Assembly (NCBI GenBank): GCA_965276975.1
Contig: CBDIBR010000009.1
Coordinates: forward strand, 53,938 to 117,937
Direction of reading: 5' to 3'
DNA: 64,000 nt
DNA from: Rhodopila sp.
Lineage (GTDB): Bacteria > Pseudomonadota > Alphaproteobacteria > Acetobacterales > Acetobacteraceae
Each line of letters opens with the position of its first letter. The stretch's first letter is position 1. The position numbers and the translations under genes are program-made. The notes beneath the pieces are model-generated. The model did no database searches, was not told the origin of the DNA, and saw nothing but the letters and a program-made list of their open reading frames with translations. This document shows, piece after piece, positions 9,764 through 18,656 of this stretch.

Positions 9764-11047
9764 ATGGCTCAGCGTCCTGGATTGCATGCGCCGATCGTCC
9801 GTGACGCGATGGCCTACGTCCTGGCGGGCGGACGTGGGTCACGGCTGCTGGAACTCACTGATGTACGTGCCAAGCCAGCGGTCTACTTTGGCGGCAAGAG
9901 CCGGATCATCGACTTCGCGCTGTCCAACGCGGTGAACTCCGGCATCCGTCGGATCGGTGTGGCGACACAGTACAAAGCCCACAGCCTGATCCGACACCTG
10001 CAGCGTGGGTGGAACTTTTTTCGCCCGGAACGGAATGAGGGGTTCGACATTCTGCCGGCCTCGCAACGGTCAGGCGATAGCTGGTACGCCGGAACCGCCG
10101 ACGCGCTGTATCAGAACATCGACATCATCGAGGGCTACAACCCGGAATACATCGTCATCCTGGCCGGCGACCACATCTATAAGATGGATTATGCGCCGAT
10201 GCTGCTGCAGCATGCCGAACAGGCCGCGGATGTTACCGTGGGTTGCATCGAGGTGCCTCGGATGGAAGCGACTGGGTTCGGTGTCATGCATGTTGATGCC
10301 GCCGACCGCATTATCGGCTTTATCGAGAAGCCGCCCGATCCCCCACCGATGCCGGACAACCCCGCCATGGCGCTCGCCAGCATGGGCATCTACGTGTTCA
10401 ACACGCGGTTCCTGATCGAGCAGTTGCGCCGGGATGAGGCGGACAAGTCATCCAATCGCGATTTTGGCAAGGACATCATTCCGTATCTGGTTCGCCATGG
10501 CAAGGCTGTCGCGCATCGGTTCGCGGTGTCCTGCGTGACCTCGGGCGCGGAACGCGAGGCCTATTGGCGCGATGTCGGAACGCTCGATGCCTATTGGGAA
10601 GCCAACATCGATCTGACGGCGATCATCCCCGCGCTGGACCTGTACGACAGGGACTGGCCGATATGGACCTACGCGGAGATCACGCCACCGGCCAAATTCG
10701 TGCATGAGGAGGCCGGCCGGCGGGGCGAGGCGATCTCTTCGCTGGTCTCAGGCGGATGCATCGTCTCCGGGTCCTTCCTGCGCCAGTCGCTGCTGTTCAC
10801 CGGCGTTCACGTGCACTCGTATGCGCGGGTGGAACAGGCGGTGATCTTGCCGGATGCCGATATTGGCCGCGGGGCGCGGCTGCGGAATGTGATCGTCGAG
10901 AAGGGTGTGAGGATCCCCGCCGGGCTGGTGGTGGGTGAGGACGCCGCCGCCGATGCCCGCCGATTCCGCCGCACCGACCGCGGCATCTGCCTGGTGACGC
11001 AACCGATGATTGATCGGCTGGCGATGAGCGATCGGCTGGAAAGCTGA
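9764..11047 (+). CDS. glgC: Glucose-1-phosphate adenylyltransferase
   Basis: [19 protein letters not shown] and [12 protein letters not shown]. Confidence 0.96.
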   Translation: MAQRPGLHAPIVRDAMAYVLAGGRGSRLLELTDVRAKPAVYFGGKSRIIDFALSNAVNSGIRRIGVATQYKAHSLIRHLQRGWNFFRPERNEGFDILPASQRSGDSWYAGTADALYQNIDIIEGYNPEYIVILAGDHIYKMDYAPMLLQHAEQAADVTVGCIEVPRMEATGFGVMHVDAADRIIGFIEKPPDPPPMPDNPAMALASMGIYVFNTRFLIEQLRRDEADKSSNRDFGKDIIPYLVRHGKAVAHRFAVSCVTSGAEREAYWRDVGTLDAYWEANIDLTAIIPALDLYDRDWPIWTYAEITPPAKFVHEEAGRRGEAISSLVSGGCIVSGSFLRQSLLFTGVHVHSYARVEQAVILPDADIGRGARLRNVIVEKGVRIPAGLVVGEDAAADARRFRRTDRGICLVTQPMIDRLAMSDRLES

Positions 11048-11048
11048 T

Positions 11049-12497
11049 TTGATCCGCGTCCTGGCTGTCGCCTCGGAAATCTTCCCGGTCGTGAAGACGG
11101 GTGGATTGGCCGACGTCACCGGCGCATTGCCGCTGGCGCTTCATGCCGCCGGCGCCCAAACTGTCACGCTGGTGCCAGGTTATCCGGCGGTGCTGGCCGC
11201 GCTGACCGACGTCGTCGCGGTGCATCGCTTCGCCGACCTGTTTGGCGGTCCCGCAGTGATGTGCCGCGGCAGGACCGGGTCGCTCGACCTGCTGGTGATC
11301 GATGCACCGCATTTGTATGGGCGTGCCGGTAATCCTTATCTGGGACCGGATGGACAGGAATGGTTCGACAACGGCCTTCGGTTCGCGGGTCTGGGCGCGG
11401 CGGCCGCGGCGTTGGCCACTGGCGCCGTGCCCGGGATGAGCTTCGACATCCTGCATGCGCATGACTGGCAGGCGGCGATGGCTGTGGTTTATCTGCATTT
11501 TCATGACGGACCGCGGCCCGGTACGGTGCTTGCAATCCACAACCTGGCATTCCAGGGACGCTACGCCGCCACACTGTTCCCCCGCCTGGGCTTGCCTGCG
11601 TCTGCTTTTAGCGTTGACGGTGTGGAATTCCATGGCGACGTCAGCTTCTTGAAAGGCGGTCTGGCGTACGCCGACCGGATCACGACGGTGTCGCCGAGCT
11701 ATGCACGGGAAATCACCGATCTGGCGAACGGGATGGGTCTGGACGGCTTGTTGCGCCATCGGTCAGGTGTGCTGTCGGGCATCTTGAACGGCATCGATAC
11801 CGCGACATGGGATCCCAGCACGGACAGCCTGATCCCTGCCCGGTTCGGCCGCGGCAGGTCAGGCCGGCGTGCCGCCAACAAGCTGGCGCTGCAAAAGCGC
11901 ATGGGTCTGCAAGCGGCCCCTGATGCGCTGCTGATCGGCGTGGTAAGCCGGCTGACCTCGCAGAAGGGGTTGGATATGGTCCTGGACCAGCTTGGCGGTC
12001 TGGTGGCGGACGGCATGCAGCTCGCCCTGCTGGGTTCCGGCGATGCGGACCTGGAGCGCGCCTTCGTCGCCGCGGCCGAACGGCACCAGGGGGCGGTCGG
12101 TTGTATCCTTGGGTACGATGAAGCGCTCGCGCATCTGATACAGGCCGGCAGCGACGCGCTGCTGGTGCCGTCCCGCTTCGAGCCTTGCGGGCTTACCCAA
12201 CTCTGCGCGCTGCGCTATGGCGCCATCCCGGTGGTGTCACGGGTCGGCGGCCTGGCCGATAGCGTGATTGATGCGAATGAGGCCGCCTTGGCCGCGGGCG
12301 TTGCCACCGGGCTGCAATTCTGGCCAGCAACATCCCAGGCCCTGGCCAGCGCCCTGCGCAGGCTGCTGGGGATCTGGCGCGACCGGCCGGTCTGGGCGCG
12401 CATGCAGCGCAACGCGATGGCCGCGGACGTTTCCTGGCGAGCCTCGGCCCAGCGTTATGTCGAACTCTATGGGTCGTTGATGGCGGCACGGTCTTGA
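11049..12497 (+). CDS. glgA: Glycogen synthase
   Basis: KTGGLADV, HAHDWQ and PSRFEPCGLTQL; TTG start. Confidence 0.96.
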   Translation: MIRVLAVASEIFPVVKTGGLADVTGALPLALHAAGAQTVTLVPGYPAVLAALTDVVAVHRFADLFGGPAVMCRGRTGSLDLLVIDAPHLYGRAGNPYLGPDGQEWFDNGLRFAGLGAAAAALATGAVPGMSFDILHAHDWQAAMAVVYLHFHDGPRPGTVLAIHNLAFQGRYAATLFPRLGLPASAFSVDGVEFHGDVSFLKGGLAYADRITTVSPSYAREITDLANGMGLDGLLRHRSGVLSGILNGIDTATWDPSTDSLIPARFGRGRSGRRAANKLALQKRMGLQAAPDALLIGVVSRLTSQKGLDMVLDQLGGLVADGMQLALLGSGDADLERAFVAAAERHQGAVGCILGYDEALAHLIQAGSDALLVPSRFEPCGLTQLCALRYGAIPVVSRVGGLADSVIDANEAALAAGVATGLQFWPATSQALASALRRLLGIWRDRPVWARMQRNAMAADVSWRASAQRYVELYGSLMAARS

Positions 12498-15400
12498 GCC
12501 GGATCAGCGTGGGGGTCGCTGACACCCTGGGCGTCAGCGTCGTGGCGGACGGCATCAACGTCGCGGTTCATGCGCCCGATGCCGATGCCGTCGCCCTCTG
12601 TCTGTTTGATGCCGATGACAGGGAGACCGGCCGCTTTCGGCTACCGACGCGGACCGGCGCGGTTTTGCACGGCCACATCGCCGATGTTTCACCCGGCACG
12701 CGCTACGGCCTGCGGGCCTATGGCCCATGGGCGCCGAACAACGGTCATCGGTTCAACCCGAACAAGCTGTTGATGGATCCATGGGCAACCGCCATCGACC
12801 GGCCGTTCCGCCTGCATCCGCTGCTGTTCGACCGGGATGGCCCGCGCGCAGAGGACACCGCCGGGCTGATGCCAAAGGCGTTCGTCAACAGCCCGATCGA
12901 TCAACCGGTCACCGACCGTCCGGCTTTCGAGTGGCACCGTCAGGTTATCTTTGAGCTGCATGTCCGCGGCTTCAGCATGACCCACCCTGACGTTCCGCCC
13001 CTCCTTCGGGGGACGTTCGCCGGCCTGGGTCATCCGGCGAGCATCCGCCACCTGACCCGCCTGGGCGTCACCGCCGTGGAGCTGATGCCGAGCGCCGCGT
13101 GGATCGATGAGCGGCATCTTCCGGCGCTGAAGCTGTCTGACTATTGGGGGTACAATCCGATCGCGTTCCTGGCGCCAGACCCGAGGCTGGCGCCAGGTAG
13201 CTGGGCGGAGGTTCGCGCCGCGGTCGATGCGCTGCACGCGGCCGACATTCGGGTCATCCTCGACGTGGTGCTCAATCACTCGGGTGAAAGTGACGAGCTT
13301 GGCCCCACGGTTTCGATGCGTGGTCTGGACAACCGTGGTTACTATCGCCTGGCCGACGACAAATCGCGCTACGTGAATGATGCGGGCTGCGGCAACATCC
13401 TGGCGATGGACCGGCCCGCCGTGGTCCGCCTGGGGATGGGCGCCTTGCGGGCCTGGGCGCGGTTCGGCGGCGTGGACGGCTTCAGGCTGGACCTGGCTGC
13501 CACGCTGGGGCGCCGCGCCAACGGCTTTGACGCGGATGCCCCGTTCTTCGTGGCGGTGGAGCAGGATCCGGTGTTGTCGCGCTGTGCGATGATCGCCGAA
13601 CCCTGGGATATCGGTCCGGGCGGCTATCAGCTTGGCGCATTTCCCGCGCGCTGGGGTGAGTGGAACGACCGGTATCGTGATGCGGTCCGTCGCTTTTGGC
13701 GCCGCGACGCCGGTGCCTTAGGTGCCTTCACCGCCGCCTTCGCCGGTTCGGCCGACGTGTTTCCGCAGCGGCCGTTGTCGCGGAGCATCAATTACATCAC
13801 CGCTCATGACGGCTTCACCCTCGCCGACTGTGTTTCCTTCGAGCGCAAGCACAATCAGGCAAATGGTGAGGATAACCGCGATGGCGCCGATGAAAACCAC
13901 TCCTGGAACAACGGCGCGGAAGGTGCGTCCTCCGAGGCGTCGGTGCTGGCGGCGCGGACGCGCGATGTCCAGGCGTTGCTGGCGACGCTGCTGCTGTCAC
14001 GCGGCACACCGATGCTGTCGATGGGCGACGAACTCGGCCGCACGCAGTGTGGCAACAACAACGCCTATGCGCAGGACAATGCTGGTTCATGGGTGGATTG
14101 GGCCAACGCCGACGATCAGCTGATCGACTACACGGCAACGCTGATCAGATTGCGCCGCTCCCTGTGGCGGTTGTTCGGCGACCGTGCGCTGCGCGGCCCG
14201 CCGGCCGCGGGTGAGGAGCTAGCGGATGTGACATGGCAGGCGGCGGACGGGCGTGTGATGACCGAGGCGGATTGGGCGCGCGACAGCAACAGAACCTTGA
14301 TCGCCGTGCTTTACGCAGCGGGCGCGCGAGCAGCGCTGATCTTTCATGCTGATGCGGCGGCCATGGAGATTGTTCTGCCGCCGCCGCGGTCGGGGCATGA
14401 TTGGCGTCGGGTGCCGGATGGTTCGGCCGCACGCGACTGGCTGACGATCGAGGCACGATCGGTGGCGGTCTTTCGTGAGGAAGCGCGAGACGGCAGCACC
14501 GCCACGCTCGTGCATGCGACGACGCGCCAGTCGTCGGGCGGCCATTGGTCAGACCACGAGTCGTCAGGCGGCCAGTCGTCGGGCGGTGGTGCCGGCGGGG
14601 TGACAGACGCCGATCTTGACCGCCTGGCGGAATTGGCCGGCATCGATCCGATCTGGTGGGACGTGGCCGGCGGCTACCACAAGGTGAGCACAGAAACAAA
14701 ACTGTCTTTATTGGCTGCGATGCGCCTGCCGGCCATCACGCGAGGCGATCTGAACGAGAGCCTGGCGCGTCTCGCACGAGTCCCCGCGCTGCCACCTGTG
14801 CTGATCGCTCGGACGCAACAGACGATCTGTTTCAAGCCGGGTCGACCGCGCCCGGCGTGGATCACGTTGCTTCGCGAGGACGGCAGCCTGGACCGCTTCA
14901 ACGTGGACGATGCCGGGCTAGTCCTGCCGCCACAGCCCATCGGCCGGCACCGGATCCTGAACGAGGACAGACCAGAGCAAGTCTGCCACCTGACCGTCGC
15001 GCCGGAGACCTGCTTCCTGCCGGCGCCGCTGGTTGCCGGCGAGCGTCGTTTCGGCATTGCCGCGCATCTGTATGCATTGCGATCCGAGGGCGACCAGGGC
15101 ATTGGCGACTTTACCACGCTTGCCCGGTTCGCCGCCGAGGCGGGGCGCGTCGGCGCGTCCATGATCGGCCTCAACCCGCTCCACGCGCTGTTTCCCCATG
15201 ACCGAAGCCGAGCCAGCCCTTACCAACCTTCCGATCGGCGCTTTTTGGACCCGATCTATATCGATGTTGCCCGGTTCCCTGGTGGGTCCGACGTCCGTTC
15301 GTCATCCGGTTCGGTGGACTACAGATCCGTCTGGGACAATAAACGCGCAGTTCTGCGCAAGGCATTCGGAACTGGTGGCGATGATGACATTTCCCCGGAG

Positions 15401-16582
15401 CTGCTCCGCTTTGCCATCTTCGAGACGATCGCGGAAGAACTGCGGTCTTCAGATTGGCAGCGCTGGCCGGCTGACCTGCGCCACCCGCTTGGGCCGGGTG
15501 TCGCGGCGTTTGCCGCACAGCATCGGCAGGCCATTCAGTTTCAGGCTTTCCTGCAACGGGTCGCCGACCAGCAACTTCGCGAAGCCGCCGCTGTTGCCAA
15601 GTGGAACGGGCTGTCGTTCGGCCTGTATCGCGATCTGGCGGTCGGTTCCGCGCCGGACGGTGCCGAAGCCTGGTCGGCACAGGATCTTCTGATGTCGGGT
15701 GTTTCTGTCGGGGCGCCGCCTGATCCGTTCTCAGCCGAGGGGCAGATCTGGTGCCTGCCGCCGCCGAACCCGCGCACCATGCATCGTGACGGCTACGCGG
15801 CGTTCAACGAACTGCTGGTCGCGAACATGCGCCACGCCGGTGCGTTACGGATCGACCATGTCATGGGTCTGCGCCGGCTTTTCGTGGTTCCGGAGGGCGC
15901 GCCTGGCATGGATGGCGCCTACGTCAGCTATCCGCTGGCAGACCTGCTCGCGCAGGTCGCGTTGGAAAGCCAGCGGGCGCGGTGTCTGGTGGTCGGCGAG
16001 GATCTGGGAACCGTTCCCGCGGGCATGGCGGAGACTTTGGCTGCCTCCGGCGTGCTGTCCTATAGCGTGCTCTGGTTCCAGCAAGACAACGGCCGCACCC
16101 GGCCGCCCGAGGCGTGGCGACGCCTGGCGGCGGCCTGTGTGTCTACGCACGACCTGGCGACATTGCGGGGTTGGTGGGAGGGCGCGGACATCATCGAGAA
16201 GCAGGGTCTGAAGCTGCTGATCGATCCTGGCGCGGAACAGCTGCGGCTAGACGAGAAATGCGCCTTGATCGCGCTGCTTCGGCAGCAAGACCTGCTGGCC
16301 GACGATGTCGATCCGCGGCGGCCGATGCCGCCCTGCTTCGCCGCGGCGGTCCATGCGTTCATTTCGGCCACCCCGGCGCTGCTCGCCCTGGTTCAGGCCG
16401 ACGATCTGGCGGGCGAGACGGTCGCGGTGAACCTGCCCGGCACCGATAGGGAACGACCCAACTGGCGGCGCCGCCTTGATGTTGATGTCTCAGAGCTCTG
16501 CGGAACGCCCCTTGCCCGGGCCATTCTGGGTGCATTTCGATCGCGCAGGGGCGGTCGGGTGGTATCCGCATCCCCAGGCTGA
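12494..16582 (+). CDS. glgX: Fused glycogen debranching enzyme GlgX (GH13) and 4-alpha-glucanotransferase MalQ (GH77)
   Basis: N-half: YWGYNP, DVVLNH, VDGFRLDLA, MIAEPWD, NYITAHDGFTL. C-half: SPYQPSDRRF, LRIDHVMG, VGEDLGTVP, STHD, VNLPGT. The halves are joined by a Ser/Gly repeat linker. Confidence 0.92.
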   Translation: MSRISVGVADTLGVSVVADGINVAVHAPDADAVALCLFDADDRETGRFRLPTRTGAVLHGHIADVSPGTRYGLRAYGPWAPNNGHRFNPNKLLMDPWATAIDRPFRLHPLLFDRDGPRAEDTAGLMPKAFVNSPIDQPVTDRPAFEWHRQVIFELHVRGFSMTHPDVPPLLRGTFAGLGHPASIRHLTRLGVTAVELMPSAAWIDERHLPALKLSDYWGYNPIAFLAPDPRLAPGSWAEVRAAVDALHAADIRVILDVVLNHSGESDELGPTVSMRGLDNRGYYRLADDKSRYVNDAGCGNILAMDRPAVVRLGMGALRAWARFGGVDGFRLDLAATLGRRANGFDADAPFFVAVEQDPVLSRCAMIAEPWDIGPGGYQLGAFPARWGEWNDRYRDAVRRFWRRDAGALGAFTAAFAGSADVFPQRPLSRSINYITAHDGFTLADCVSFERKHNQANGEDNRDGADENHSWNNGAEGASSEASVLAARTRDVQALLATLLLSRGTPMLSMGDELGRTQCGNNNAYAQDNAGSWVDWANADDQLIDYTATLIRLRRSLWRLFGDRALRGPPAAGEELADVTWQAADGRVMTEADWARDSNRTLIAVLYAAGARAALIFHADAAAMEIVLPPPRSGHDWRRVPDGSAARDWLTIEARSVAVFREEARDGSTATLVHATTRQSSGGHWSDHESSGGQSSGGGAGGVTDADLDRLAELAGIDPIWWDVAGGYHKVSTETKLSLLAAMRLPAITRGDLNESLARLARVPALPPVLIARTQQTICFKPGRPRPAWITLLREDGSLDRFNVDDAGLVLPPQPIGRHRILNEDRPEQVCHLTVAPETCFLPAPLVAGERRFGIAAHLYALRSEGDQGIGDFTTLARFAAEAGRVGASMIGLNPLHALFPHDRSRASPYQPSDRRFLDPIYIDVARFPGGSDVRSSSGSVDYRSVWDNKRAVLRKAFGTGGDDDISPELLRFAIFETIAEELRSSDWQRWPADLRHPLGPGVAAFAAQHRQAIQFQAFLQRVADQQLREAAAVAKWNGLSFGLYRDLAVGSAPDGAEAWSAQDLLMSGVSVGAPPDPFSAEGQIWCLPPPNPRTMHRDGYAAFNELLVANMRHAGALRIDHVMGLRRLFVVPEGAPGMDGAYVSYPLADLLAQVALESQRARCLVVGEDLGTVPAGMAETLAASGVLSYSVLWFQQDNGRTRPPEAWRRLAAACVSTHDLATLRGWWEGADIIEKQGLKLLIDPGAEQLRLDEKCALIALLRQQDLLADDVDPRRPMPPCFAAAVHAFISATPALLALVQADDLAGETVAVNLPGTDRERPNWRRRLDVDVSELCGTPLARAILGAFRSRRGGRVVSASPG

Positions 16583-16724
16583 CCGGCCGACGCAGGGTTT
16601 GGGTTCAGTCCTGATGCAGCGGTTGGCCCGATGCAGCGGTTGCCTGACGTGGCGTTGATTCCGCGCATCTGTGTTCATAGGTATGCCCCATGCATACAAA
16701 GACGGTTGGCGAGCGTTCGACATC

Positions 16725-17096
16725 ATGAGTGATCTATTCGCGCCCGATGGTGGCTGGCGGGTTCGTATTCTGGACCTGTCGGCGGACACCAAGGACAATG
16801 TCACCGAGGAAGTCCCCGGCTTCGACACGCTGATGCACGCCAACGCCTTCGCGCGCCGGTACGTGCGCGATTCGGTCGAGCGATGCCGGGTCCCGGGCAT
16901 GTCGTCCAAGGATGTGCTTGAAGCATGGTTCGCCTTTGGTGAAGACGCGGTGGTCGCCGATGCGGCCGAGGGTGGCTGGAAAAGTGCCACCGAACTGGGT
17001 GACTTCGTTGATGGTCTCGCAAGCCGGGAAGAGCGTGATTGGCGTTCGCTTGACCCGCGGCGAGAGGACCTCGACCTCGATGAGGACGATGCGTGA
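16725..17096 (+). CDS. Hypothetical acidic protein
   Basis: Coding-like 123-aa ORF whose stop overlaps the GTG start of the next gene. Confidence 0.7.
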   Translation: MSDLFAPDGGWRVRILDLSADTKDNVTEEVPGFDTLMHANAFARRYVRDSVERCRVPGMSSKDVLEAWFAFGEDAVVADAAEGGWKSATELGDFVDGLASREERDWRSLDPRREDLDLDEDDA

Positions 17097-18526
17097 TTCG
17101 CGTGCGGTTCGCGCCGGTGCTGGCGGGCAGCGTGTTCGTCAGCAGCGCTCGGATTGCCCTGGCCAACGACTTGTTTGCTCGGCGAAACAATGGCGAGATG
17201 CTGCTTCGACTGGATGACTTAGGCCGCGATCGCCTCGGGTTGACGCGATCACACCCTAAATCCGGTTGCTTGAGCGGGCGATTGGCGTCCGGGGTTGATC
17301 CAACGTCAGACGATCGCGCTGTAGACACCAGGCGAGCCGACCCGGTTCCTATCGAGCAGATCGTGCAGGATCTGCGCTGGTTGGGTATCGAGTGGCAAGC
17401 GTCCTTCCGCCAATCCGAGCGATTGGAGCTGTACCAAAACGCGATCGAGCGCCTGAAGCGAGACAAGCGCCTGTATCCCTGCTTTGAGTCGGAGGAGGAG
17501 CTGAAAGCCAAACAGGCGTTCCGCCGCAGGCACAACCAGCCGACGATCTATGACCGCGGTATGCTGTCGCTGACTGAAAAGCAGCGTCGGGATGCCGAAG
17601 CAGGCGGCAAATCGGCGCACTGGCGGTTCAAGTTGCCTGACCGATCGGTGGCATGGGACGATCTGGTTCTGGGACCACGAAGTGCGGCTCTGTCGGCTGT
17701 GTCCGACCCGGTTCTGGTGCGCGCTGACGGCCAACCCACGCCCCTGCTCGCCGGCGTGGTGGACGACGTCGAGTACGGCACCACCCATATCATCCGCGGC
17801 GACGACAGTGCCGGCAACACCGCTGTGCAGATCGCGTTGTTCGACGTCCTTGGCGGCGGGCAGGTTCGCTTCGGCCACCTGCCTGGCTTGCGCAGCGGCG
17901 GACCGGCGAGATCGGGCGGACGGCGCGCCGAGGACCCGGCGATACGGGGTCTACGCAAGGACGGCGTCGAGCCCGGAGCGATCGTTGCCTGCATGACGGG
18001 CCTGGCGGCTGGCAGGATGCTAGCATTGGACGACCTCGCGAAGCAGTTTGAGATCGCCAGCATCGCGGCGTGCCGCTTCGACATCACCCGCCTACTCGCC
18101 GTTAACCGGCGGCTGCTGAGCGAGCTTGATTTTCCGGCGGTGGCCGACCGCCTGCCGGAAGGAGCCACCGAGCGCTTCTGGCAGGCGATCAGGGGCCATG
18201 TTGAGCTGTTAAAGGATGCGCGTGATTGGTGGGATGTCGTGGCTGGGACGATCAGACATCCTGTGCTCGAAGGCCAGCGGGACCTGTTGCTGCGTGCCGA
18301 GGCACTGCTGCCACCTGAACCTTGGGATGATGCCGTATGGACCGGCTGGATCCGCGCTGTCGAGACTTCCACCGGACGAAGCGGCGACGCCGTTGTCGCG
18401 CCGCTTCGCCTCGCGCTGACCGGCGAGAGCAGCGGCCCGGATCTGGCGCGATTGCTGCCGCTCATCGGCCGCGAGCGGGCTTCGAAGCGGCTCATCGTTG
18501 CCGCCGCTGATACCAATCCGTGTTGA
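17093..18526 (+). CDS. Glutamate--tRNA ligase paralogue with degenerate HIGH/KMSKS motifs and an in-frame repeat insertion
   Basis: RVRFAP, DLRWLGIEW, LYPCFESEEEL, SDPVLVRADG, VVDD, HIIRG and PLRLALTG identify the GluRS fold. The HIGH position reads VFVSS and the KMSKS position reads RSGGR. Confidence 0.85.
   Translation: MIRVRFAPVLAGSVFVSSARIALANDLFARRNNGEMLLRLDDLGRDRLGLTRSHPKSGCLSGRLASGVDPTSDDRAVDTRRADPVPIEQIVQDLRWLGIEWQASFRQSERLELYQNAIERLKRDKRLYPCFESEEELKAKQAFRRRHNQPTIYDRGMLSLTEKQRRDAEAGGKSAHWRFKLPDRSVAWDDLVLGPRSAALSAVSDPVLVRADGQPTPLLAGVVDDVEYGTTHIIRGDDSAGNTAVQIALFDVLGGGQVRFGHLPGLRSGGPARSGGRRAEDPAIRGLRKDGVEPGAIVACMTGLAAGRMLALDDLAKQFEIASIAACRFDITRLLAVNRRLLSELDFPAVADRLPEGATERFWQAIRGHVELLKDARDWWDVVAGTIRHPVLEGQRDLLLRAEALLPPEPWDDAVWTGWIRAVETSTGRSGDAVVAPLRLALTGESSGPDLARLLPLIGRERASKRLIVAAADTNPC
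17221..17324. repeat. Family A palindromic repeat, copy inside the GluRS-like CDS
   Basis: Terminal inverted repeat CGCGATCG (17225-17232) / CGATCGCG (17311-17318); homologous to 2581-2680 and 47875-47959. Confidence 0.85.
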
Positions 18527-18551
18527 AAATGACCCTCCAAGGAAGCAAGAG

Positions 18552-18656
18552 CAGGGCGCTGCCCTGGACCCGCTCAAGGCTGAGCCTTGAGAATCCCCTC
18601 ATTTAACAGAAGGTTTCCAAAGGCTAGCCTTTGGCGGGGCTTGGGGCAGAGCCCCA
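18552..18656. repeat. Inverted pair of REP-like units (REPIN/BIME-like)
   Basis: CAGGGCGCTGCCCTGGACCCGCTCAAGGCTGAGCCTTGAGAATCCC and, inverted, TGGGGCTCTGCCCCAAGCCCCGCCAAAGGCTAGCCTTTGGAAACC. Each unit has two hairpins, and the pair sits between convergent genes. Confidence 0.8.

Noticed and set aside
16637-16663. CGGTTGCCTGAC..GGCG.TTGA similarity to the middle of repeat family A
   Set aside because: Only a 12-nt exact match plus a gapped tail, with neither arm present. It could not be supported by eye.
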